Of a stretch of DNA of 64,000 bases, positions 27,575-41,694 are shown piece by piece. Location: contig OZ024758.1 in the NCBI GenBank assembly GCA_964016885.1, positions 24,924,001 to 24,988,000 of the forward strand, in the 5' to 3' direction. This DNA is from Eledone cirrhosa. Lineage: Eukaryota. The position numbers and the translations under genes are program-made. The notes under the pieces are model-generated. The model did no database searches. It saw nothing but the letters and a program-made list of their open reading frames with translations, and was not told the DNA's origin. The first letter of the stretch is position 1. Each line of letters opens with the position of its first letter.

Positions 27575-30500
27575 TGTTGGTATGTTAGGGTATGGTAGGT
27601 ATGGTGTGGTAGGGTATGGTAGGGTGTATCGTGGTGTGGTGTGATGTGGTGTGGTATGGTGTGATCTGGTGTGGTATGGTGTGATGTGGTGTGGTATGGT
27701 GTGATGTGGTGTGGTATGGTGTGTCGTGGTATGGTGTGTCGTGGTATGGTATAATGTGGTATGGTGTGTCGTGGTATGGTGTGTCGTGGTATGGTGTGAT
27801 GTGGTATGGTGTAGTGTGGTATGGTATAATGTGGTATGGTATAATGTGGTATGGTATAATGTGGTATGGTGTGGTGTGGTATGGTATGTGGTATGGTGTG
27901 TCGTGGTATGGTGTGTCGTGGTATGGTGTGATGTGGTATGGTGTGATGTGGTATGGTGTGATGTGGTATGGTGTGATGTGGTATGGTGTGTCATGGTATG
28001 GTGTGTCGTGGTATGGTGTGTCGTGGTATGGTGTGATGTGGTATGGTGTAATGTGGTATGGTATAATGTGGTATGGTATAATGTGGTATGGTATGTGGTA
28101 TGGTGTGATGTGGTATGGTATAATGTGGTATGGTGTGATGTGGTATTGTGTGATGTGGTATGGTGTGATGTGGTATGGTGTGATGTGGTATGGTGTGATG
28201 TGGTATGGTGTGATGTGGTATGGTGTGATGTGGTATGGTGTGATGTGGTATGGTGTAGTGTGGTATGGTGTAGTGTGGTATGGTATGGTGTGGTATGGTG
28301 TGATGTGGTATGGTATAGTGTGGCATGGTGTGATGTGGTATGGTGTAGTGTGGTGTGGTATGGTATAATGTGGTATGGTGTAGTGTGGTATGGTATGATG
28401 TGGTATGGTATAGTGTGGTATGGTATGGTGTGGTATGGTATAATGTGGTATGGTATAATGTGGTATGGTATAATGTGGTATGGTATAATGTGGTATGGTG
28501 TAGTGTGGTATGGTGTAGTGTGGTATGGTATAATGTGGTATGGTGTAGTGTGGTATGGTGTAGTGTGGTATGGTGTAGTGTTGTATGGTGTAATGTGGTA
28601 TGGTATAGTGTGGTATGGTATAATGTGGTATGGTGTAGTGTGGTATGGTGTAGTGTGGTATGGTGTAGTGTGGTATGGTATAGTGTGGTATGGTGTAGTG
28701 TGGTATGGTATAATGTGGTATGGTATAGTGTGGTATGGTATAGTGTGGTATGGTATAATGTGGTATGGTGTAGTGTGGTATGGTGTAGTGTGGTATGGTG
28801 TAGTGTGGTATGGTGTAATGTGGTATGGTATAATGTGGTATGGTGTAATGTGGTATGGTATAATGTGGTATGGTGTAGTGTGGTATGGTATAATGTGGTA
28901 TGGTGTAGTGTGGTATGGTATAATGTGGTATGGTATAATGTGGTATGGTGTAGTGTGGTATGGTGTAGTGTGGTATGGTATAATGTGGTATGGTATAATG
29001 TGGTATGGTATAATGTGGTATGGTGTAGTGTGGTATGGTATAATGTGGTATGGTGTAGTGTGGTATGGTGTAGTGTGGTATGGTGTAGTGTGGTATGGTG
29101 TAGTGTGGTATGGTGTAGTGTGGTATGGTGTAGTGTGGTATGGTGTAGTGTGGTGTAGTGTGGTATGGTGTAGTGTGGTATGGTGTAGTGTGGTATGGTA
29201 TAATGTGGTATGGTATAATGTGGTATGGTGTAGTGTGGTATGGTGTAGTGTGGTATGGTGTAGTGTGGTATGGTGTAGTGTGGTATGGTATAATGTGGTA
29301 TGGTATAATGTGGTATGGTATAATGTGGTATGGTATAATGTGGTATGGTATAATGTGGTATGGTATAATGTGGTATGGTGTAGTGTGGTATGGTATAATG
29401 TGGTATGGTGTAGTGTGGTATGGGATAGTGTGGTATGGTGTAGTGTGGTATGGTATAGTGTGGTATGGTATAGTGTGGTATGGTATGTGGTATGGTATAA
29501 TGTGGTATGGTATAGTGTGGTATGGTATAGTGTGGTATGGTGTAGTGTGGTATGGTGTAGTGTGGTATGGTGTAGTGTGGTATGGTGTAGTGTGGTATGG
29601 TGTAGTGTGGTATGGTGTAGTGTGGTATGGTGTAGTGTGGTATGGTGTAGTGTGGTATGGTATAATGTGGTATGGTATAGTGTGGTATGGTGTAGTGTGG
29701 TATGGTGTAGTGTGGTATGGTGTAGTGTGGTATGGTGTAGTGTGGTATGGTGTAGTGTGGTATGGTGTAGTGTGGTATGGTATGATGTGGTATGGTATAG
29801 TGTGGTATGGTATAATGTGGTATGGTATAGTGTGGTATGGTATAGTGTGGTATGGTGTAGTGTGGTATGGTGTAGTGTGGTATGGTGTAGTGTGGTATGG
29901 TGTAGTGTGGTATGGTGTAGTGTGGTATGGTGTAGTGTGGTATGGTATGGTGTGGTGTGGTGTGGTGTGGTATGGTATAGTGTGGTATGGTATAATGTGG
30001 TATGGTATAGTGTGGTATGGTATAGTGTGGTATGGTGTAGTGTGGTATGGTGTAGTGTGGTATGGTGTAGTGTGGTATGGTGTAGTGTGGTATGGTGTAG
30101 TGTGGTATGGTATGGTGTGGTGTGGTGTGGTGTGGTATGGTATAGTGTGGTATGGTATAATGTGGTATGGTATAGTGTGGTATGGTATGATGTGGTATGG
30201 TGTAGTGTGGTATGGTATAATGTGGTATGGTGTAGTGTGGTATGGTATAATGTGGTATGGTGTGATGTGGTATGGTATGATGTGGTATGGTGTAGTGTGG
30301 TATGGTGTAGTGTGGTATGGTATAGTGTGGTATGGTATAATGTGGTATGGTATAGTGTGGTATGGTATAGTGTGGTATGGTGTAGTGTGGTATGGTATAG
30401 TGTGGTATGGTATAATGTGGTATGGTATAGTGTGGTATGGTATGATGTGGTATGGTGTAGTGTGGTATGGTATAGTGTGGTATGGTGTAGTGTGGTATGG

Positions 30501-33500
30501 TATAATGTGGTATGGTGTAGTGTGGTATGGTGTAGTGTGGTATGGTGTAGTGTGGTATGGTGTAGTGTGGTATGGTGTAGTGTGGTATGGTATAATGTGG
30601 TATGGTGTAGTGTGGTATGGTATAATGTGGTATGGTGTAGTGTGGTATGGTATGATGTGGTATGGTGTAGTGTGGTATGGTATGATGTGGTATGGTGTAG
30701 TGTGGTATGGTATGATGTGGTATGGTGTGATGTGGTATGGTATGATGTGGTATGGTGTGATGTGGTATGGTATGATGTGGTATGGTGTGATGTGGTATGG
30801 TATGATGTGGTATGGTGTGATGTGGTATGGTATGATGTGGTATGGTGTGATGTGGTATGGTATGATGTGGTATGGTGTGATGTGGTATGGTATGATGTGG
30901 TATGGTGTGATGTGGTATGGTATGATGTGGTATGGTGTAGTGTGGTATGGTGTAGTGTGGTATGGTGTAGTGTGGTATGGTATAATGTGGTATGGTGTAG
31001 TGTGGTATGGTGTGATGTGGTATGGTATGATGTGGTATGGTGTAGTGTGGTATGGTGTAGTGTGGTATGGTATAATGTGGTATGGTGTAGTGTGGTATGG
31101 TATGATGTGGTATGGTGTGATGTGGTATGGTATGATGTGGTATGGTGTGATGTGGTATGGTATGATGTGGTATGGTGTAGTGTGGTATGGTGTAGTGTGG
31201 TATGGTGTAGTGTGGTATGGTATAATGTGGTATGGTGTAGTGTGGTATGGTGTGATGTGGTATGGTATGATGTGGTATGGTGTAGTGTGGTATGGTGTAG
31301 TGTGGTATGGTATAATGTGGTATGGTGTAGTGTGGTATGGTATGATGTGGTATGGTGTGATGTGGTATGGTATGATGTGGTATGGTGTGATGTGGTATGG
31401 TATGATGTGGTATGGTGTAGTGTGGTATGGTGTAGTGTGGTATGGTGTAGTGTGGTATGGTATAATGTGGTATGGTGTAGTGTGGTATGGTGTGATGTGG
31501 TATGGTATGATGTGGTATGGTGTAGTGTGGTATGGTATAATGTGGTATGGTGTAGTGTGGTATGGTATAATGTGGTATGGTGTAGTGTGGTATGGTATGA
31601 TGTGGTATGGTGTGATGTGGTATGGTATAATGTGGTATGGTGTAGTGTGGTATGGTATAATGTGGTATGGTGTAGTGTGGTATGGTATAATGTGGTATGG
31701 TGTAGTGTGGTATGGTGTGATGTGGTATGGTATGATGTGGTATGGTGTAGTGTGGTATGGTATAATGTGGTATGGTGTAGTGTGGTATGGTATAATGTGG
31801 TATGGTGTAGTGTGGTATGGTATGATGTGGTATGGTGTGATGTGGTATGGTATAATGTGGTATGGTGTAGTGTGGTATGGTATAATGTGGTATGGTGTAG
31901 TGTGGTATGGTATAATGTGGTATGGTGTAGTGTGGTATGGTGTGATGTGGTATGGTATGATGTGGTATGGTGTAGTGTGGTATGGTATAATGTGGTATGG
32001 TGTGATGTGGTATGGTATGATGTGGTATGGTGTGATGTGGTATGGTATGATGTGGTATGGTGTAGTGTGGTATGGTATGATGTGGTATGGTGTAGTGTGG
32101 TATGGTGTAGTGTGGTATGGTATAGTGTGGTATGGTGTGATGTGGTATGGTATGATGTGGTATGGTGTAGTGTGGTATGGTGTAGTGTGGTATGGTATAG
32201 TGTGGTATGGTGTGATGTGGTATGGTGTGATGTGGTATGGTGTGATGTGGTATGGTGTAGTGTGGTATGGTATAATGTGGTATGGTGTGATGTGGTATGG
32301 TATGATGTGGTATGGTGTAGTGTGGTATGGTATAATGTGGTATGGTGTGATGTGGTATGGTATGATGTGGTATGGTGTGATGTGGTATGGTATGATGTGG
32401 TATGGTGTAGTGTGGTATGGTATAATGTGGTATGGTGTGATGTGGTATGGTATGATGTGGTATGGTGTAGTGTGGTATGGTATAGTATAGTATGGTATAG
32501 CATAGTATGGTGTAGTGTGGTATGGTATGATGTGGTATGGTGTAGTGTGGTATGGTGTAGTGTGGTATGGTATAATGTGGTATGGTGTGATGTGGTATGG
32601 TATGATGTGGTATGGTGTAGTGTGGTATGGTATAGTATAGTATGGTATAGCATAGTATGGTGTAGTGTGGTATGGTATGATGTGGTATGGTGTAGTGTGG
32701 TATGGTGTAGTGTGGTATGGTATAATGTGGTATGGTGTGATGTGGTATGGTATGATGTGGTATGGTGTAGTGTGGTATGGTGTAGTGTGGTATGGTGTAG
32801 TGTAGTATGGTGTAGTGTGGTATGGTGTGATGTGGTATGGTGTAGTGTGGTATGGTGTAGTGTGGTATGGTATAATGTGGTATGGTGTGATGTGGTATGG
32901 TATGATGTGGTATGGTGTAGTGTGGTATGGTATAATGTGGTATGGTGTGATGTGGTATGGTATGATGTGGTATGGTGTAGTGTGGTATGGTGTGATGTGG
33001 TATGGTATGATGTGGTATGGTGTAGTGTGGTATGGTGTAGTGTGGTATGGTGTAGTGTAGTATGGTGTAGTGTGGTATGGTGTGATGTGGTATGGTGTAG
33101 TGTGGTATGGTGTAGTGTGGTATGGTGTAGTGTGGTATGGTGTAGTGTAGTATGGTGTAGTGTGGTATGGTGTAGTGTGGTATGGTGTGATGTGGTATGG
33201 TGTAGTGTGGTATGGTGTGATGTGGTATGGTGTAGTGTGGTATGGTGTAGTGTGGTATGGTGTAGTGTAGTATGGTGTAGTGTAGTATGGTGTAGTGTGG
33301 TATGGTGTGATGTGGTATGGTGTAGTGTGGTATGGTGTGATGTGGTATGGTGTAGTGTGGTATGGTGTGATGTGGTATGGTGTAGTGTGGTATGGTATAA
33401 TGTGGTATGGTGTGATGTGGTATGGTGTAGTGTGGTATGGTGTAGTGTGGTATGGTGTGATGTGGTATGGTGTAGTGTGGTATGGTGTGGTATGGTGTAG

Positions 33501-36355
33501 TGTGGTATGGTATGATGTGGTATGGTGTAGTGTGGTATGGTGTAGTGTGGTATGGTGTGATGTGGTATGGTGTAGTGTGGTATGGTATGATGTGGTATGG
33601 TGTAGTGTGGTATGGTGTAGTGTGGTATGGTGTGATGTGGTATGGTGTAGTGTGGTATGGTGTAGTGTGGTATGGTGTAGTGTAGTATGGTGTAGTGTGG
33701 TATGGTGTGATGTGGTATGGTGTAGTGTGGTATGGTGTGATGTGGTATGGTGTAGTGTGGTATGGTGTGATGTGGTATGGTGTAGTGTGGTATGGTATAA
33801 TGTGGTATGGTGTGATGTGGTATGGTGTAGTGTGGTATGGTGTAGTGTGGTATGGTGTGATGTGGTATGGTGTAGTGTGGTATGGTATAATGTGGTATGG
33901 TGTGATGTGGTATGGTGTAGTGTGGTATGGTGTAGTGTGGTATGGTGTGATGTGGTATGGTGTAGTGTGGTATGGTGTAGTGTAGTATGGTGTAGTGTGG
34001 TATGGTGTGATGTGGTATGGTGTAGTGTAGTATGGTGTAGTGTGGTATGGTGTGATGTGGTATGGTGTAGTGTGGTATGGTGTAGTGTGGTATGGTGTAG
34101 TGTGGTATGGTATAATGTGGTATGGTGTGATGTGGTATGGTGTAGTGTGGTATGGTGTGATGTGGTATGGTGTAGTGTGGTATGGTGTGATGTGGTATGG
34201 TGTAGTGTGGTATGGTATAATGTGGTATGGTGTGATGTGGTATGGTGTAGTGTGGTATGGTGTGATGTGGTATGGTGTAGTGTGGTATGGTATAATGTGG
34301 TATGGTGTGATGTGGTATGGTGTAGTGTGGTATGGTATAATGTGGTATGGTATGATGTGGTATGGTGTAGTGTGGTATGGTGTAGTGTGGTATGGTGTAG
34401 TGTAGTATGGTGTAGTGTGGTATGGTATAGTGTAGTATAGTGTGGTATGGTGTAGTGTGGTATGGTGTAGTGTGGTATGGGTTAGTGTAGTATGGTGTAG
34501 TGTGGTATGGTATAGTGTGGTATGGTGTAGTGTGGTATGGTGTAGTGTGGTATGGTGTAGTGTGGTATGGTGTAGTGTGGTATGGTGTAGTGTGGTATGG
34601 TGTAGTGTGGTATGGTGTAGTGTGGTATGGTGTAGTGTGGTATGGTGTAGTGTGGTATGGTGTAGTGTGGTATGGTGTAGTGTGGTATGGTGTAGTGTGG
34701 TATGGTATAGTGTGGTATGGTATAGTGTGGTATGGTATAGCATAGTATGGTGTAGTGTGGTATGGTATAGTATAGTATGGTATAGCATAGTATGGTGTAG
34801 TGTGGTATGGTATAGTGTGGTATGGCATGGTGTAGTGTGGTATGGTGTAGTGTGGTATGGTGTAGTGTGGTATGGTGTAGTGTGGTATGGTGTAGTGTGG
34901 TATGGTGTAGTGTGGTATGGTGTAGTGTGGTATGGTGTAGTGTGGTATGGTATGATGTGGTATGGTGTAGTGTGGTATGGTGTAGTGTGGTATGGTGTGA
35001 TGTGGTATGGTGTAGTGTGGTATGGTGTAGTGTGGTATGGTGTAGTGTAGTATGGTGTAGTGTGGTATGGTGTGATGTGGTATGGTGTAGTGTGGTATGG
35101 TGTGATGTGGTATGGTGTAGTGTGGTATGGTATAATGTGGTATGGTGTGATGTGGTATGGTGTAGTGTGGTATGGTGTAGTGTGGTATGGTGTGATGTGG
35201 TATGGTGTAGTGTGGTATGGTATAATGTGGTATGGTGTGATGTGGTATGGTGTAGTGTGGTATGGTGTAGTGTGGTATGGTGTGATGTGGTATGGTGTAG
35301 TGTGGTATGGTGTAGTGTAGTATGGTGTAGTGTGGTATGGTGTGATGTGGTATGGTGTAGTGTAGTATGGTGTAGTGTGGTATGGTGTGATGTGGTATGG
35401 TGTAGTGTGGTATGGTGTAGTGTGGTATGGTGTAGTGTGGTATGGTATAATGTGGTATGGTGTGATGTGGTATGGTGTAGTGTGGTATGGTGTGATGTGG
35501 TATGGTGTAGTGTGGTATGGTGTGATGTGGTATGGTGTAGTGTGGTATGGTATAATGTGGTATGGTGTGATGTGGTATGGTGTAGTGTGGTATGGTGTGA
35601 TGTGGTATGGTGTAGTGTGGTATGGTATAATGTGGTATGGTGTGATGTGGTATGGTGTAGTGTGGTATGGTATAATGTGGTATGGTATGATGTGGTATGG
35701 TGTAGTGTGGTATGGTGTAGTGTGGTATGGTGTAGTGTGGTATGGTATAGTGTAGTATAGTGTGGTATGGTGTAGTGTGGTATGGTGTAGTGTGGTATGG
35801 TGTAGTGTGGTATGGGTTAGTGTAGTATGGTGTAGTGTGGTATGGTATAGTGTGGTATGGTGTAGTGTGGTATGGTGTAGTGTGGTATGGTGTAGTGTGG
35901 TATGGTGTAGTGTGGTATGGTGTAGTGTGGTATGGTGTAGTGTGGTATGGTGTAGTGTGGTATGGTGTAGTGTGGTATGGTGTAGTGTGGTATGGTGTAG
36001 TGTGGTATGGTGTAGTGTGGTATGGTATAGTGTGGTATGGTATAGTGTGGTATGGTATAGCATAGTATGGTGTAGTGTGGTATGGTATAGTATAGTATGG
36101 TATAGCATAGTATGGTGTAGTGTGGTATGGTATAGTGTGGTATGGTATGGTGTAGTGTGGTATGGTGTAGTGTGGTATGGTGTAGTGTGGTATGGTGTAG
36201 TGTGGTATGGTGTAGTGTGGTATGGTGTAGTGTGGTATGGTGTAGTGTGGTATGGTGTCGTGTGGTATGGTGTAGTGTGGTATGGTGTAGTGTGGTATGG
36301 TGTAGTGTGGTATGGTATAGTGTGGTATGGTATAGTGTGGTATGGTATAGTATAG
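27575..36355. repeat. Pentamer-based satellite of about 8.8 kb (TATGG/TGTGG/TGTAG; 15-bp higher-order unit)
   Basis: Direct reading; higher-order periods of 240 bp and about 1.32 kb. Confidence 0.98.
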
Positions 36356-36690
36356 TCTCGTAACTCCTGATAGAACCGTAGGGACGCCGTATTAACATAC
36401 GGCGTTTCTTGGACATTTTGAAACCTGGTGGAGCCCATCCCTCTCCAAGTCTAAGTACAGCAGATTTCTCCTAGAGAAGAATAAAAAATGAAAGAGATGA
36501 AATGATAAGGAGCTATGAAGGACGAATCGACCCCAGTACTACACTGGTACTTTTTTTATCGACCTCGAAAGGATGAAAGGCAAAGTTGACCTCGGCGGGA
36601 TTTGAACTCCGAGGCCAGAGAGACAGAAACCCGAAACGAATACTTCAAAAACATTTTATCCGACTTTCAACGACTCTGCCAATTCGTCAC
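36355..36690 (-). mobile_element. SINE family B whose 3' end abuts the pentamer satellite
   Basis: The - strand reads ...caggagttacgagac followed directly by tatactataccatacc... Confidence 0.88.
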
Positions 36691-37117
36691 CTGCAAACTA
36701 GTACAAAAAAAAAACTATTAAAATCTACTGTTTAGGTCGGAGAAGGAACTGGAAAATGTGGTTGTCTGCAAAACAAATATTTAGTAGGCCAGCACAGCGG
36801 AAGTTTATTGGTTTTGTGCTACATTTAACTGTTAACAGCTATCCAATTAGATAAACTGGGTCAGATGAGAAAGCTATTAGGGATGAAGACATTTTTTCTG
36901 GTTTCGTATAGACATGGTTAAAAGGTAAGGCCAAACAGATATCCCGAGCGGTTAAAATAGAAGACGAAGGCATGATCCATAACTACTGAATATACTTCAA
37001 TCAGAACATCTGTAATGAATTCTCTTCCTGCACATCTAATTATATTGCTTTGGCTCAGCTCAATCTTGCTTTCTCGTCTTTTCCATATGCCCGTGTTTAT
37101 AAGTTGAAGGTAGGTGT

Positions 37118-37418
37118 GCACGCACACGCGTGTGTGTGTGTGTGTGCGTGTACGTCAGTGTGTGTGTGTGTCAGTGTGTGTGTGTGTCAGTGTGTGTGTG
37201 TGTGTCAGTGTGTGTGTGTGTGTCAGTGTGTGTGTGTGTGTCAGTGTGTGTGTGTGTGCCAGTGTGTGTGCCAGTGTGTGTGTGCCAGTGTGTGCCAGTG
37301 TGTGTGTGTGCCAGTGTGTGCCAGTGTGTGTGTGTGCCAGTGTGTGCCAGTGTGTGTGTGTGTGCCAGTGTGTGTGTGTGTGTGTGTGTCAGTGTGTGCG
37401 TGTCAGTGTGTGCGTGTC

Positions 37419-37450
<32 letters not shown>

Positions 37451-37835
37451 CGCGCGTCAGTGTGCGCGTGTGTCAGTGTGTGTGTGTCAGTGTGTGTGTG
37501 TCTGTGTGTGTGTCAGTGTGTGTGTGTCAGTGTGTGTGTGTGTGTGTGTGCGCGCGCGCGTCAGTGTACGCGTGTGTCAGTGTGTGTGTGTGTGTCAGTG
37601 TGTCAGTGTGTGTGTGTCAGTGTGTGTGTGTCAGTGTGTGTGTGTCAGTGTGTGTGTGTCAGTGTGTGTGTCAGTGTGTGTGTGTCAGTGTGTGTGTGTG
37701 TGTGTGTGTCAGTGTGTGTGTGTGTGTGTCAGTGTGTGTGTGTGTGTCAGTGTGTGTGTGTCAGTGTGTGCGCGCGCGCCGGGCGTACATGTGTGTGCGC
37801 GCGCGCCGGGCGTACATGTGTGCGCGTATGCGTGT
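37118..37835. repeat. (TG)n punctuated by CAG, compound microsatellite
   Basis: Direct reading. Confidence 0.95.
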
Positions 37836-38579
37836 TGGCTCAAATCTTTATACGTATTTTTATGTCAATTATTTCTCTCTTAACTGCTAATAGTTGTTTA
37901 AGTTCTTTAATCCTCTTACTGATGGAAATATTAGTATTACTATCATAGTCAACTTTACTGGTTACTTTACAGTTGCTGTCCGTGTTAGTTTAACTGGTTT
38001 TAAGTAATCTAAATTATAAATCTTTGCCGTAAGTATATATAGTGCTACTTACGATGTACGTCTGGGATGAGTTGAGTGGCCGTTTGATCTCGAAATTTAC
38101 CTTTAATTATCTTAAATGTACACATCCATTTCGTAGAATACTGGAATTATATATGTTTATTTCTATAAATACGGGTATATGGAAGACTAAGTGGTTAGAG
38201 AGTTGGGTTCGCAATCGTGAGGTTGCGAATTCGATTCTCGGACCGGATGATGCGTTGTGTCTTTGAACAAGACACTTTATTTCACGTTAGTATCAGCAAT
38301 GGAAATTTTCAGTGGAAACGTGGTTTCCTAGGTCCGATTTAACGAGGTCCACCCCACTCGGCAAGTGAATGAGGTCTGGGATCGTGTCGATCGATCAGAG
38401 TGATTTCTAAGACCTTAAAAACGTCCAAGGAACTCGCACCAGTAGATGAATATAATCGACATATTTCTTGCTTTTGACGAAGATTGAAGCCAGATAGGCT
38501 CCAGGGGTCGTGCTATATTTATTACTCTCCCATTTCCATGTCACTAAGCAACAATTAGGTTAGATTTGGGGATGTCGGG

Positions 38580-39830
38580 CAGTGGTCTGCAACCTTTTTT
38601 ATACCATGGACCGGCTTCATGCCGGACAATCTTTCCGCGGACCGGTAGCCGCACATGTGTGTTATTTAAGTGTATTTCAAAGGGAAGAAAAAGTGTATCA
38701 ATATTGAATATTTAAACTAGTCATATCCAGCCAGAATTCTCACCTCTTTCTGTTCAAACCGGATGTAACTGGCCTCTCATACTGATGTTAAGGCATTGTT
38801 CTCAAAATAAATAATACCAAAATCTCATAGATTCGATATTATGTGAGATAATTATGCAAGGTAAAGCCTTTACTGTGAAAATACAATAGTATATTTAGAG
38901 TAATGTAGATGTTATGTGAGATATTATGTGAGGTAAAGCCTTTACTGTGAAAATACAATAGTATATTTAGAGTAATGTAGATGTTATGTGAGATATTATG
39001 TGAGGTAAAGCCTTTACTGTGAAAATACAATAGTATATTTAGAGTAATGTAGATGTTATGTGAGATATTATGTGAGGTAAAGCCTTTACTGTGAAAATAC
39101 AATAGTATATTTAGAGTAATGTAGATGTTATGTGAGATATTATGTGAGGTAAAGCCTTTACTGTGAAAATACAATAGTATATTTAGAGTAATGTAGATGT
39201 TATGTGAGATATTATGTGAGGTAAAGCCTTTACTGTGAAAATACAATAGTATATTTAGAGTAATGGGAATGTTATGTGAGATAATTATGCAAGGTAAAGC
39301 CTTTACTGTGAAAATACAATAGTATATATAGAGTAATGTAGATATTATGTGAGATAATTATGCAAGGTAAAGCCTTTACTGTGAAAATACAATAGTATAT
39401 TTAGAGTAATGTAGATATTATGTGAGATAATTATGCAAGGTAAAGCCTTTACTGTGAAAATACAATAGTATATTTAGAGTAATGTAGATATTATGTGAGA
39501 TAATTATGCAAGGTAAAGCCTTTACTGTGAAAATACAATAGTATATATAGAGTAATGTGAATGTTATGTGAGATATTATGCAAGGTAAAGCCTTTACTGT
39601 GAAAATACAATAGTATATTTAGAGTAATGGGAATGTTATGTGAGATAATTATGCAAGGTAAAGCCTTTACTGTGAAAATACAATAGTATATTTAGAGTAA
39701 TGGGAATGCTAAACGGTTAAACAAATCTTTTTAAATTAAAGTCCAATATGCGATTTATCTATTATGTTATTTCGAACAAGTTAATTATTTCTTTGCGGCC
39801 CGGTAGCAAATGATCCGTGGCTCGGAGGGT
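38580..39830. mobile_element. hAT-like MITE remnant interrupted by a piggyBac-like MITE (about 38705-39716)
   Basis: Left end cagtggtctgcaacc and right part gcggcccggtagc...; the inner element matches 4392-4588 and ends aatgctaaacgg|ttaa. Confidence 0.55.
38838..39710. repeat. 72-bp minisatellite, about 12 copies, amplified from the MITE interior
   Basis: ggtaaagcc recurs at 38860, 38932 and onward; a single unit is present at 4518-4580. Confidence 0.93.
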
Positions 39831-40664
39831 CAACTTAAAATCATTCTAAGGTGATTAGTAGGTATATACGTCTGATTAAGAATTCCAATGCCCCCAAGTA
39901 TACGGTGACGTGATGTTAACATTTCTTTGGAAGTTTCGGGATTTTTTATGAAGTATATGTTTCATTTTATTTCTGAGACGGCCATATACAATGCCCGGGG
40001 GTGGGCGGAAATGGGCTCCGGCAGGTTTTAGAAGAAAAAAAAAAATGCCCTAGCAACGCTGTATATCAATACGGTGTCCCTACAACTCCTTTGAGAGTTC
40101 CAGTACCATACCTACATAGTAAGATGATATCACTGTCATGCTATGGAAACATAGGATAATGCTCTCACAGCTTTGGGTTTCAGGTATGATGACTGATGAT
40201 GTGGAACAGTACCCGTCTCATCGCCTCCACTAAAGCCAGTAAACGTGTTGATATTGATCCAAGCATCACGTTTTCATACGGTTACACCCGGACACATCTC
40301 ACGTATTACTGTAATCACTTTTTTTTTTAAAATAATTTACGCTTCTTTTCAATTAACTTACAATTGAACGCTAGAGTCCTTGCCATTCCCTCCCTATTCT
40401 GTTTTTTTTTTTTCTTTTTTCTTTATATTTTCTTATTTCACATTCCATTCTTCTCAATCTAAATTTTCTTTTTTTTTTTCTATTGCGTGATATATTCCAT
40501 AAATAAAATGTTCGATATATATTGAAAACATATCGACATCACAAGAAAAAAAAAATAAATAAATAAATTTAAAAAAAAAAAATCAATTTTATATTCCAAT
40601 ATCGAACATATCAAACTATACAGAATACTTACAAAGCTAAATATTTTTTGCTATAACAAAGAAT

Positions 40665-41052
40665 GGTTTCTGGTTTAGTCACAAGGTCAACAATGTTTGG
40701 GGTGGAGGGAAAAGTCGATTAAATCAACCCCAGTGCATTACTGGTACTTTATATAATCGACCCCGTAAGGATGAAGGCAAAACTAACCTCGGCGGGATTT
40801 GAACTCCTCCTACTATTACTACTACTACTAATAATAATAATAATATAGTTTCTTATATAGGCACAAGGCCAGCAATTTGGGGTGAGGGGAAAGTCGATTA
40901 AATCGACCCCAGTGCGTGACTGGTATTTTATTTTATCGATCCCGTAAGGATGAAAGGCAAAGTTAACTTCGACAAGATTTGAACCTGAAGGGATGGAACT
41001 ATATGCAGCAAAGCATGGTATCCGACGCTCTACCGATATTGCCAACCCACCA
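40665..41052 (-). mobile_element. Two adjacent SINE family A copies
   Basis: Cores at about 40740-40805 and 40915-40985. Confidence 0.85.
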
Positions 41053-41136
41053 CCCTAAAGGAAGCTAATAATGTCTCCATTAGTCAACATTGAACATCCA
41101 AACAAATGGAATTATCTCACCTAATAAAGTACCAGT

Positions 41137-41522
41137 TTCAAATCCCGCCGAGGTTGACTTTGCCTTTCATCCTTACGGGGTCGATAAAATAAAGTACCAG
41201 TAATGCACTGGGTAATTGCTGGCCTTGTGCCTAAAGTAGAAACAAGTAATGTACTGGGTAATTGCTGGCCTTGTGCCTAAAGTAGAAACAAGTAATGTAC
41301 TGGGTAATTGCTGGCCTTGTGCCTAAAGTAGAAACAAGTAATGCACTGGGTAATTGCTGGCCTTGTGCCTAAAGTAGAAACAAGTAATGTACTGGGTAAT
41401 TGCTGGCCTTGTGCCTAAAGTAGAAACAAGTAATGTACTGGGTAATTGCTGGCCTTGTGCCTAAAGTAGAAACAAGTAATGTACTGGGTAATTGCTGGCC
41501 TTGTGCCTAAAGTAGAAACAAT
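41137..41522 (+). mobile_element. 5'-truncated SINE A with its 3' segment of about 52 bp repeated about 6 times
   Basis: agtaatgtactgggtaattgctggccttgtgcctaaagtagaaaca in tandem. Confidence 0.9.
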
Positions 41523-41694
41523 TATCTCGCCTAATATTGAATCTACGGGATTTTGATTTTATTTATTTTGAAAACAAAACCTTAACACAAGTATGAACAG
41601 CCGGTTACGCACGGTTTGAACAGAAAGAGGTGAGAGGATTCTGGCTGGGTGTGGCCAATTTAAATGTTAAAGGATTAAGACAATGCAAGATTAG

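Noticed and set aside
27389-36438. ORFs of 1900-2800 aa
   Set aside because: Pentamer satellite open in several frames on both strands.
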